Assembly: GCA_050331235.1 (NCBI GenBank)
Contig: JBHJHA010000036.1
Coordinates: 1 to 64,000, forward strand
Direction of reading: 5' to 3'
DNA length: 64,000 nt
Source of the DNA: Leptolyngbyaceae cyanobacterium
GTDB lineage: Bacteria; Cyanobacteriota; Cyanobacteriia; Phormidesmidales; Phormidesmidaceae
The notes under the pieces were generated by a model. That model saw nothing but the letters and a program-made list of their open reading frames with translations. It was not told the origin of the DNA and made no database searches. The position numbers and the translations under genes are program-made. This document shows, piece after piece, positions 52,410 through 60,647 of the stretch (position 1 is the stretch's first letter; every line of letters begins with the position of its first letter).

Positions 52410-52868
52410 TTACACCTTCAACAGTACTTGGTCGCCTTCAATTTTGGCCTCATAGGTTTCAAGCGGATCGGTTGCGGGACCGGACGCAACTGAGCCATCT
52501 GGGTTGAAGCTGGAGCCGTGGCAGGGACAGGTAAATGCGCTTGCTTCCCAGTCGACACTGCAGCCCTGATGCGTGCATAAAGAATTGACAGCAATCAAAG
52601 CATCGGCGTTGTTGGGGTCGCGGGTGACAACAAATTGGGTTCCACGAAAGTCTTTATCAGAGAGGGTCCCCGACGCATCGAGTTCGGATACCGAGCCGAT
52701 AGCGACAAAGCCATCTTCGCGGGGGGCCGAATCTGCGGCGGCGGTATCATCGGTAGCTTCAGTATCGCTGGTTGAGGTCGGGTCTGACTGACAGGCGGCG
52801 ATCGCGACCGGCAAAGAAGTTGCCAGCACCCCCACGCCCATCCAGTTGACAAAGTCACGTCGATTCAT
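52410..52868 (-). CDS. Small Rieske [2Fe-2S] lipoprotein with Tat signal (PetC3-like)
   Basis: NRRDFV twin-arginine motif, IAAC lipobox, and Rieske boxes CTHQGC and CPCHGS. Confidence 0.93.
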   Translation of the reverse strand: MNRRDFVNWMGVGVLATSLPVAIAACQSDPTSTSDTEATDDTAAADSAPREDGFVAIGSVSELDASGTLSDKDFRGTQFVVTRDPNNADALIAVNSLCTHQGCSVDWEASAFTCPCHGSSFNPDGSVASGPATDPLETYEAKIEGDQVLLKV

Positions 52869-52901
52869 TGTTCCGTTTTCCTCGCAAAATATTGATGATC
52901 A

Positions 52902-54596
52902 TTACAAAGTATCGGCCGATGTCAATATTTGGGCGCGTTTCCAACCGCCCCAGCGGCGGAGGGCAGTGACACCGACCAATAGCAAGTCGGCACTGACGAC
53001 CCCGGCAATTAACAGCTCCGAGCCGCCGGTGCCAAAGCCGTAACTATGTAGACCTGTGCCCAGTACAAAGTTGACGCCATACCAAGCCATCAGCACAGCA
53101 TTGAATGACACAATGCTAGCGACATGGATGCCGAAGTCACCGATCCAGCCGACTAAACGCCCATGCAGAGGGGCAAGGTAGCAAAGCAAGGCTATGAGCG
53201 CCCAGGTTTCCTTTGGATCCCAACCCCAAAAGCGACCCCAAGAAAAATGAGCCCAAATCCCCCCGAGGATAATGCCAGCGGTGAGTAATAGCACCCCGAC
53301 TTGCAAAACGCGGTAGTTGAGCTGGGATAGAACTTTGAGGCGCTGGCTAGCCTGGGGGGTAAACAGATAATTGAATAAAGCTACATGGCCGACTCCCAGT
53401 GCCAAAGCGAAACTCGCATAGCTGAGGGTGATGGTGGGAACGTGGATGCTGAGCCAAAAGTTATCTCGCAGTACAGGCACTAAGGGCGCAATGCTCGGAT
53501 CGAGTACGGCGGGCAAACTGTCAGCTAACACCAAACAAACCACGGAGAGGGGGGCGGCGGCCAATAGGTAAAACCGCTTGCGAGAAAAGACCTCCAGCAA
53601 CAGGGCGATCGCCGTAATACCAAAACCACACCACACCACTGATTCGTACATGTTGGTGACCGGTGGGCGATCGGCAATCTGCATCCGCAGGAAAAAGCCG
53701 TAGCTTTGGACTGCAATCCCCGCTGTAAATAATCCAATGGCTGACCAGTAAATGGGCCAGCGCTGCATCCACTGACTGGTCAACAGCACCACAAAGGCGA
53801 TCGCATAGAGCTGCCAAGCTTTAGCAAACGGATGGAAATGGTTGAAATGGACTTCGCGCGCCATGATGCCATCAGTGGGATAAACTCCAGGACTAAGCTG
53901 CTGAAGTCCTGACTTAAGATCGGTGGTAAAGGCGCTAATCATGGGCACATGGGTCAAACCGCCTTGCAACAGTGCCTGCTGCATCGTGGTAAAGGTGGCG
54001 AGGAGAGGCGCCACCGACTCGGGACTGTAGAGCTGGGTAGCTCCCTCCAAGCCGACCCACTTACCTTTGCGATCACTGGGGTGGGGCACAATTGGTAAGC
54101 CACGATCGCTGACTGACTGATACAGCAGATTGAGCCGGTCTTCAACAGTCAAAGCTTCTCGTTCATTGCGACTGAGATCGAGCTCATTCAGTTCCTTTTG
54201 ATGGGCGCTGCTGACAATGGTCCCGAGTTCTCGATTTGCCATCAATTCCTGAAAGCTGAAATGTTTACGCTCGAGGGACAGTCCAGCCACCTCCTTTAAG
54301 GGCCGATAGTTTACCAGCACAAAAGGTTCCTCATTCCAGTTGCGAGTGTTGAACCACATCGCGAGATAAGTGCTGAGCGCTCTTTCGCGGGTGCCATCGG
54401 TGTGTTTATAAGTGGTTGAACCGTTGATTTTGGCGACGGTTTCCTGGGCCACCGTATCCAAGGGCTTCTTCCGTCCGTCTAGCTGCACTGCGAGCGATCG
54501 CAGCGACGCTAATCCATCCGGTTGCCACTGACTGACGGGCAACACCAGTAGCAAGCAACCAAGAATTAAACCGATGAAAAACGTAATCAGTTTCAT
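52902..54596 (-). CDS. ccsA: System II cytochrome c synthase CcsA with a large N-terminal extracytoplasmic domain
   Basis: PPVTNMYES, PVLRDNFWLSIHV, WWD motif WAHFSWGRFWGWDPKETW and GLHSYG. Confidence 0.93.
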   Translation of the reverse strand: MKLITFFIGLILGCLLLVLPVSQWQPDGLASLRSLAVQLDGRKKPLDTVAQETVAKINGSTTYKHTDGTRERALSTYLAMWFNTRNWNEEPFVLVNYRPLKEVAGLSLERKHFSFQELMANRELGTIVSSAHQKELNELDLSRNEREALTVEDRLNLLYQSVSDRGLPIVPHPSDRKGKWVGLEGATQLYSPESVAPLLATFTTMQQALLQGGLTHVPMISAFTTDLKSGLQQLSPGVYPTDGIMAREVHFNHFHPFAKAWQLYAIAFVVLLTSQWMQRWPIYWSAIGLFTAGIAVQSYGFFLRMQIADRPPVTNMYESVVWCGFGITAIALLLEVFSRKRFYLLAAAPLSVVCLVLADSLPAVLDPSIAPLVPVLRDNFWLSIHVPTITLSYASFALALGVGHVALFNYLFTPQASQRLKVLSQLNYRVLQVGVLLLTAGIILGGIWAHFSWGRFWGWDPKETWALIALLCYLAPLHGRLVGWIGDFGIHVASIVSFNAVLMAWYGVNFVLGTGLHSYGFGTGGSELLIAGVVSADLLLVGVTALRRWGGWKRAQILTSADTL

Positions 54597-54686
54597 AGGG
54601 CCAGCGATATTCAACAAAGATCAGGGCTATAAATTTGCGTGGGCGATCGCCCGGTGAACGGTTGTGGTGACAGTGCGATGCATTCG

Positions 54687-56498
54687 TTACTTGCCAAACA
54701 CCGCTAAAATTGGAATTGTTCCGCCAGTTTCCTCGGGCACCTCTTCCGCGACCGATGGGGCCTCGTCGGGGGAGGGCGATCGCCACCATTGGCGCCACCG
54801 CTTGAGCAAACTAGGTCCGTAAAACATGGTGGCGATACCCAGGACGACCAGCAACGAGCCGGTCCAAGTCAGGGCCGTGACCCACCAAGGTTCGCGCTTG
54901 AGCTGCAGAGTTGACTGCTGCAGGTCCCCCGGATTCCAAGACGCTTGGGCGAGCTTCCAACCCCGAAACCAAGTGGGGTGATTCATCCATACTGAGCGCT
55001 GTACTGCCGTATCCGTTTGCGGGTCAAACAGGGTCAAATCACTGGTCCACATGGCGACCGACTCGCTACCCTCGTTGCGCTCCACGATGAAATCGTTTAG
55101 CTTGACGTAAAACGGTAGCTCGAGCAGCTTGGGGCTAAACGCGGCAAAATATTGCCCAGCACTGGTTTCGAGGACTTTTGGTTCTCCCCAGGGGAGCCAA
55201 AAGTCCTCGCCCTCGGCGGTCGCTATGTGCAGCGCCGGAGTCCCTTCATTCGGGCGGGCATTGGCTGCAACCGGCATCACCGGTACAATCTGTCGCTGCA
55301 CCTGTGCGTGGTCAAGTTGTTCGACCAGCGTAATTTGAAAATCGGCCCAGCCCGGAATGACGGCTTCCCCGGGCTGGAATTTGCCCGTGCTGAAACCCTG
55401 GGCAGACGCGGCGGCGAAATACAGGTCCTGCCCAGGCGTTGTCACGATGCGAAAATAATCCGTAGGAGTCGCTACCGGCGGCTTATAGGCGATCGCTATC
55501 TCAATCCCGTCGTCCGAGCGTACCGGAGGCAGCCCTGGGTTGCCAAAGACAAACCATCGTTCCTGTTGACTTTCCTGGGAGACTAACAACTGCACCGCTG
55601 GATTGCGAAACTGCTCGGAGGCTGATGTGGGCTGCCCATCACCATTCAGGCGAAAATCGGGCCAGACAGCGGTGACTTCGACGTTGGTCCCCTCCTCCAA
55701 CGTGAGGGACTGTCCCTGGATTTGAGCGATATCAAAGTGGCGATCGCGCTGCTTAGCCGCAACGATGGCTATCTCGCCGAGGGGATGCTCAACCTCGGCG
55801 GGTGGACTCAACCACCGCTGCTGCTCAGCAGCATCGCCGACGGACACAATTTCAAAATGGGCAGGACCGATGTCTAACTGGCTATATCCTGCGGGAGCGA
55901 CGGCTAGCCAGCGGTCCAACGTTTGACCCATGCGATCGCTGTGCAGCTGAATCTTGACGGCTGGATTAGGAACCGTGCCCGTATTGTCAAACGCGACGGT
56001 CTTGATGGCGTTGTCGCTATAGCCCAGCAGCGAGAGCCCCGCAAATTGCTGAGGATATACTGACCCATCAGAACGCACAAAAATATCACTTTGCTGGCGG
56101 GTGCGATCGGGTGCAACGACTTCCAGCAGGTCACCCTGAATGCGAATTTGGGACCCTGGACCAGCATCCGTGCGTACGAGCAGCATCCCTTCCGTACTGA
56201 GATGAATTACAGCGGCTGAGCCAGCGATGATGATGACTAGGCCCCAGTGGGTTAAGGCAAAGCCCACCTTGCGGGGACCTTTCCAAGGCCAGCGGTTCAG
56301 GGTCGAGAGACCCAAATTAACTGCTAACAAAAACATCAGAGCGCCAAACCAAGCGCTCTTATAAATCTCTCGTTGAACGGTGAGTGGACCCACATTTGAT
56401 TCATAAAAAGTAGCACCAATCAAGATGACAGAAATCACTGTCAAGAGTGGTACTGCTAATCGAATAGAGCCTAAATATTGGATGAGTCGAGACTTCAT
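54687..56498 (-). CDS. ResB/CcsB(Ccs1)-like cytochrome c biogenesis protein
   Basis: LGSIRLAV.LL...IGATFYE, IYKSAWF, GFALTHWG (conserved His), LPFYVKLNDF, WMNHP...GWKLAQASW and a C-terminal TM. It is adjacent to ccsA. Confidence 0.88.
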   Translation of the reverse strand: MKSRLIQYLGSIRLAVPLLTVISVILIGATFYESNVGPLTVQREIYKSAWFGALMFLLAVNLGLSTLNRWPWKGPRKVGFALTHWGLVIIIAGSAAVIHLSTEGMLLVRTDAGPGSQIRIQGDLLEVVAPDRTRQQSDIFVRSDGSVYPQQFAGLSLLGYSDNAIKTVAFDNTGTVPNPAVKIQLHSDRMGQTLDRWLAVAPAGYSQLDIGPAHFEIVSVGDAAEQQRWLSPPAEVEHPLGEIAIVAAKQRDRHFDIAQIQGQSLTLEEGTNVEVTAVWPDFRLNGDGQPTSASEQFRNPAVQLLVSQESQQERWFVFGNPGLPPVRSDDGIEIAIAYKPPVATPTDYFRIVTTPGQDLYFAAASAQGFSTGKFQPGEAVIPGWADFQITLVEQLDHAQVQRQIVPVMPVAANARPNEGTPALHIATAEGEDFWLPWGEPKVLETSAGQYFAAFSPKLLELPFYVKLNDFIVERNEGSESVAMWTSDLTLFDPQTDTAVQRSVWMNHPTWFRGWKLAQASWNPGDLQQSTLQLKREPWWVTALTWTGSLLVVLGIATMFYGPSLLKRWRQWWRSPSPDEAPSVAEEVPEETGGTIPILAVFGK

Positions 56499-56560
56499 AT
56501 TTAGAAGAGATACCGCAGAAACTCGTATTCCAAATCATTCATTCGCTTTCCAATAGTTTT

Positions 56561-56576
56561 TGTAAAAAGCATCACA
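56561..56576. promoter_or_regulatory. Candidate CRP/NtcA-family binding site
   Basis: TGTAA-AAAGCA-TCACA with T4/A4 flanks. It is one mismatch from TGTGA-N6-TCACA and one from TGTA-N8-TACA, in the divergent promoter region. Confidence 0.4.
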
Positions 56577-57181
56577 AAAATAAATTAATTGGTGCGGAAA
56601 GCGATCGTGACCCATGCGAAAACCGCATCGATCATCCTAAAAATATATCTAAGACGCCTTTAAAATTCCTCCTTCAGAAGGATTTTTGAGTCGTCTTTAG
56701 AGATCGAAAGCTAACTCGATAACCGGATATGTACTGAATAAACGTATCAAAAATGCATTTATTGCATCGAATCAATGCGTTAAGCGTATGGTTTTTATGG
56801 GAATTGTGCTTGGTTTTACAAAACAAGAAATATACCTTCTCTATTGTCAAGTCCATGGTTCTGTTTTTGGTTTGCGAAAGAAAATCACGCTTTCGCTCTG
56901 AATATTTGAAGTCAGAGTCCGCGTCTGGCTTTCGAAATTTAGACGGTTTTGCAGTTGAATTTTTTGTTGATTGAGTATTGCCGTTCAGAGATTGCTTCAG
57001 GGTTGATTGGTTTTTCGGCTTCTGGCGCTGGAATTTGATTGTTCTGTTGGGTGCGATTTTTGGCGGTCTAGCTACTCAATGACTGTGTTTTTCTTTGGGA
57101 TATAGAGTTTCTTGGGAGACAGGGATTAATGGTTTCAAGTACGAATGACGCGTCTGAGGAGAAAGGATTACAGGTTAGCTA

Positions 57182-58150
57182 TTGGAGCGTAGCTTTGAGA
57201 AGGTGACTCCCCGAGCCGATGATTTTGTAGCGAGCTTTTACAGCAATCTATTCGCTGATTATCCAGACGCGAAGCCGCTGTTTGCCCACACCAATATGGC
57301 TAAGCAGCAGAAAATGCTGCTGGAATCTCTTGTCTTTGTTGTCGAGAATTTGCGCCAGCCCGAGGCTTTGTCGGGGGCTCTTCAGGGCCTCGGTGCCCGG
57401 CATATGAAATATGGGGCGCTGCCTGAGCATTATCCGTTGGTGGGCAACTCGCTGCTCAAAACGTTTAGCCAGTACTTGGGAAATGATTGGACTCCAGAAA
57501 CTCAGCAGGCTTGGGCTGAGGCTTATGGAGCGATTACGATGCTCATGTTGGAGGGGGCCGATTACGCCCCAGAGCAAGTCCAGTTGGAGCCGCCGGCTGA
57601 GGTGGATGAAGCCACAGGACTCAAGATTCAGCTGCTGGAAGAGAGCTTTGGTAAGGTGGCTCCCCAGGCTGATGCGTTTGTCGGCAGTTTTTACGACAAC
57701 TTATTCACGGACTACCCAGCCGCTAAGCCTTTATTTACCCATACCAATATGGGCAAGCAGAAAAAGATGCTGCTGGAGTCTTTGGTGTTTGTTATCGAAA
57801 ACCTGCGCCAGCCCGGGAAACTGACCGAGGCTTTGAAGGGGCTCGGCACTCGCCATGTGCAGTACGGCGCTTTGCCCGATCACTATCCGCTGGTGGGCAA
57901 CTCGTTGCTCAAGACCTTTGAGCAGTACCTCGGTAGTGACTGGACTGATGAAGTGAAGCAGGCCTGGGTGGATGCCTATGGTCTTATCACAACGGTCATG
58001 TTGGAAGGCGCTGATTATGATCGAGCCTCTGTCCAGCTACCCTCTACAGCTACGCTCGAAGCGCCAGAAAGCAACATCAATATGGGGGCAGCAGCCGGTA
58101 TTGCTGGCGGCGGCCTGATTGCCTTGATTGCGCTGATCTTGCTGGTCTAA
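57182..58150 (+). CDS. Tandem two-domain globin (flavohemoglobin/single-domain-globin-like) with a C-terminal TM anchor; 5' end probably at ATG 57129 across a 1-nt deletion
   Basis: Two near-identical domains, each SFY.NLF.DYP.AKPLF...KQ.KMLL...LG.RH..YGALP.HYPLVG...W..AYG. The tail is GIAGGGLIALIALILLV. Confidence 0.92.
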   Translation: MERSFEKVTPRADDFVASFYSNLFADYPDAKPLFAHTNMAKQQKMLLESLVFVVENLRQPEALSGALQGLGARHMKYGALPEHYPLVGNSLLKTFSQYLGNDWTPETQQAWAEAYGAITMLMLEGADYAPEQVQLEPPAEVDEATGLKIQLLEESFGKVAPQADAFVGSFYDNLFTDYPAAKPLFTHTNMGKQKKMLLESLVFVIENLRQPGKLTEALKGLGTRHVQYGALPDHYPLVGNSLLKTFEQYLGSDWTDEVKQAWVDAYGLITTVMLEGADYDRASVQLPSTATLEAPESNINMGAAAGIAGGGLIALIALILLV

Positions 58151-58177
58151 GTCGAGGATGCACACGGAGCAAGATTG

Positions 58178-58822
58178 ATGGCTTTGAGAAGCCGAATACT
58201 GAGGGGGCGATCGCTCCTGACTCTGAGAACGGCAATCGTCCTCGTTTGCATTATCCTGGTGGGCTGGTTTGGTGCGGCGTTTGCCCTGGACAACAAGCAG
58301 GCGTTCTTGCCAGGGGAGACCTCAGTCGGTCACTACCTGTTTGAAACGTCCTGCAGTTCTTGTCACGAAGGGTTTAAGCCCGTGAGTAACGACACCTGCA
58401 TGCGCTGTCATGAGGCGGAGATGGCTGAGGATAAGCACGGTGCGGCTAAGTTCCGGGATCCTCGGTGGGCGGGGGAGCTGCAAAAGATTGAAGCGCTGAC
58501 TTGCACCACTTGCCATAACGAGCATGTCCACATGTTTGGACGGGGGGTCCATTTGCAGCCCGATCTATGTATGAACTGCCACCAAGGCATCATTGAGGGC
58601 GATCTCAAGAGTCATGACGGCTTTGCCGCCGATGGGTGTTGGACGGCGGGCTGCCACAACTACCACGATCACCGCTCAATTTCGACTGGGTTTTTGATTG
58701 AAAATGTTGACCAACCGCCCATGCTGCCGGTGCAGCTGTTACCTGATCGAATCGTTTTAACCCAGGTGTATAGGGCACCGAGTCCTGATCTAAGTGACGC
58801 CTTTTTGCAAGGGGGGGCATGA
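58178..58822 (+). CDS. Membrane-anchored multiheme cytochrome c (4 CxxCH + 1 CX4CH)
   Basis: CSSCH, CMRCH, CTTCH, CMNCH and CWTAGCH, with an N-terminal hydrophobic helix. Confidence 0.92.
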   Translation: MALRSRILRGRSLLTLRTAIVLVCIILVGWFGAAFALDNKQAFLPGETSVGHYLFETSCSSCHEGFKPVSNDTCMRCHEAEMAEDKHGAAKFRDPRWAGELQKIEALTCTTCHNEHVHMFGRGVHLQPDLCMNCHQGIIEGDLKSHDGFAADGCWTAGCHNYHDHRSISTGFLIENVDQPPMLPVQLLPDRIVLTQVYRAPSPDLSDAFLQGGA

Positions 58823-59631
58823 TGTTGCAGCGACTCTGGGGTCGAGCGATCGCCCTGATGGTATTGCCGCTATTGCTATTGGGCAATGGGGGCCTGCCAG
58901 CCCAGGCTAACCCTGTTGATCGCGCTCAAGTTGAGACCGTTACTCAGCTTTGGCAAACCAGTGCCCATGCCCTGAATGAAATTAACTGCTCCAGTTGTCA
59001 TGAATCATCCGCGACTCAGGAATTTGTGGCCCGCCCGGGCGTCGAAAGTTGTCAATCCTGTCATCAGCAAGACGTCGATACCTTCTTACTCGGTAAGCAC
59101 GGCATTCGGCTGCTGGAGGGTGATACGCCCCTCACGCCCGCGATGGCTCGTCTGCCGATGCAGCCCGACGTGATGAACCAGCCCATGACCTGCAATAGCT
59201 GTCACGACGTTCACTCGGTCAATACCATGCAGGCGGCGGTCGATTCTTGCTTGGGGTGCCACAGCGACTCGCACTCGTTGAACTACGGTGATTCCCGCCA
59301 TGCGGACCTGTTTGCCGCTGATCGCGACTTGCCGCGCCCCTCGGCGACCTCGGTGAGCTGTGCTACCTGCCACCTGCCGCGTCATCAGACTGGGACGGGC
59401 GATAGCGCAGTTACGCTGATCAATCACAACAATACCTACACGCTGCTCCCCCGCGATCGCATGGTCAAGGACGTGTGCATGAATTGCCACGGTATGGAGT
59501 ACAGCTACAACAGCATTTTTGACGATGACCTCGTGGAGGCAAATTTTAACGCCCCACCGACCCTTGCCCTAAAAACTTTTGACCTTGTCCGGGCGTTTGA
59601 AGAGCGTCGCACTGATCAGGGTGAGAGTTAG
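58819..59631 (+). CDS. Exported hexaheme cytochrome c
   Basis: Signal peptide ending AQA; CSSCH, CQSCH, CNSCH, CLGCH, CATCH and CMNCH; distal-His motifs WQTSAH, GKHG and YGDSRH. ATGA overlap with the previous gene. Confidence 0.93.
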   Translation: MMLQRLWGRAIALMVLPLLLLGNGGLPAQANPVDRAQVETVTQLWQTSAHALNEINCSSCHESSATQEFVARPGVESCQSCHQQDVDTFLLGKHGIRLLEGDTPLTPAMARLPMQPDVMNQPMTCNSCHDVHSVNTMQAAVDSCLGCHSDSHSLNYGDSRHADLFAADRDLPRPSATSVSCATCHLPRHQTGTGDSAVTLINHNNTYTLLPRDRMVKDVCMNCHGMEYSYNSIFDDDLVEANFNAPPTLALKTFDLVRAFEERRTDQGES

Positions 59632-59755
59632 GGCGATCGTCAAATTCAACGTTCGCATCGACGAACAATTGCGCACATCGCGATCGCATCACCTTCGCAC
59701 AATTTCACGTTTCACGTTTGGCAGTTTCTGATTCTAAACAGAGGAGAAAAAGGAT

Positions 59756-60409
59756 ATGACACTTGTAGGAAGATGTATGAATACCCTGCGAACTCGCACG
59801 GTCGCTTTCATCGCGATCATCATGGCGGTTGCCGTTACTGCGATCTCTTGTAGCAGCAGCGGCACAACTGCAACCGCCGCCCCCGGCATCTCGCCCGAGT
59901 TGGTGGCTGATTACATTCACACGGTTATGGAGGCTGACCGCACTGCCTATACCAAGCACGTGGTCAACCGCGCCACCATGCTAGAAGGCAAAGAAAAGGC
60001 CGACGGCGTAGTTCCGGTTGAAGCAACTGAGGCTTGGCAGCAAGGTGAGGGCATTCCCCTGCCCGCCCAAATGTTCCGTCTGGGCTCTGAGATTGCCAAC
60101 GAAAAAGGTTATTTCACTTACAACCTCATCTCACCTTGGTATATCAATGACAGCCACGCCCCTAAAGGCGAGTTTGAGGAAACCGCGGTCGAAACCATGA
60201 TCGAAACTGGTGAACCCGTCAAAGACTATCAAGAAATTGGCGGGCAGCAGTACTTCTCGGCGATGTACCCCGACAAGGCGGTGGCTGAGGCTTGTGTATC
60301 TTGCCACAACACCCATCCCATTCACCTGGAGCGCTATCCCGATAAGCAGTTCGAGATGGACGAGGTGATGGGCGGCATCGTCATCAACATTCCCCTAGAG
60401 GGAGCCTAA
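59756..60409 (+). CDS. DUF3365 / Tll0287-like monoheme c lipoprotein
   Basis: Lipobox AISC, PLPAQMF, LISPW.IN..HAP...FE, ACVSCH and VMGGIVINIP. Alternative ATG at 59777. Confidence 0.85.
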   Translation: MTLVGRCMNTLRTRTVAFIAIIMAVAVTAISCSSSGTTATAAPGISPELVADYIHTVMEADRTAYTKHVVNRATMLEGKEKADGVVPVEATEAWQQGEGIPLPAQMFRLGSEIANEKGYFTYNLISPWYINDSHAPKGEFEETAVETMIETGEPVKDYQEIGGQQYFSAMYPDKAVAEACVSCHNTHPIHLERYPDKQFEMDEVMGGIVINIPLEGA

Positions 60410-60647
60410 CGCTAGTTCCAGACGACTAGCACTTCACATCTCCTAGTGAAACCACCGGAGAGGTTAATGGCCCGCGCCGTTGGCCTCTCCGGGGCCACGA
60501 TACCTACATTGAGCCTCCGCACTAGGTTTCTTTCGTCTGTTGGCAACGGTGACAGCGCCGTGATGGAGGCACCTGGAGTCGCTTAATGTGCCTTCAGGTG
60601 CTCCCTTAAACATATTTTTATTAGGACACTTACAGCCGGTTTGAGCC

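Noticed and set aside
58819..59631. NrfA nitrite reductase or hydroxylamine oxidoreductase assignment
   Set aside because: There is no CxxCK motif, and six hemes in 270 aa fits neither pentaheme NrfA nor octaheme HAO.
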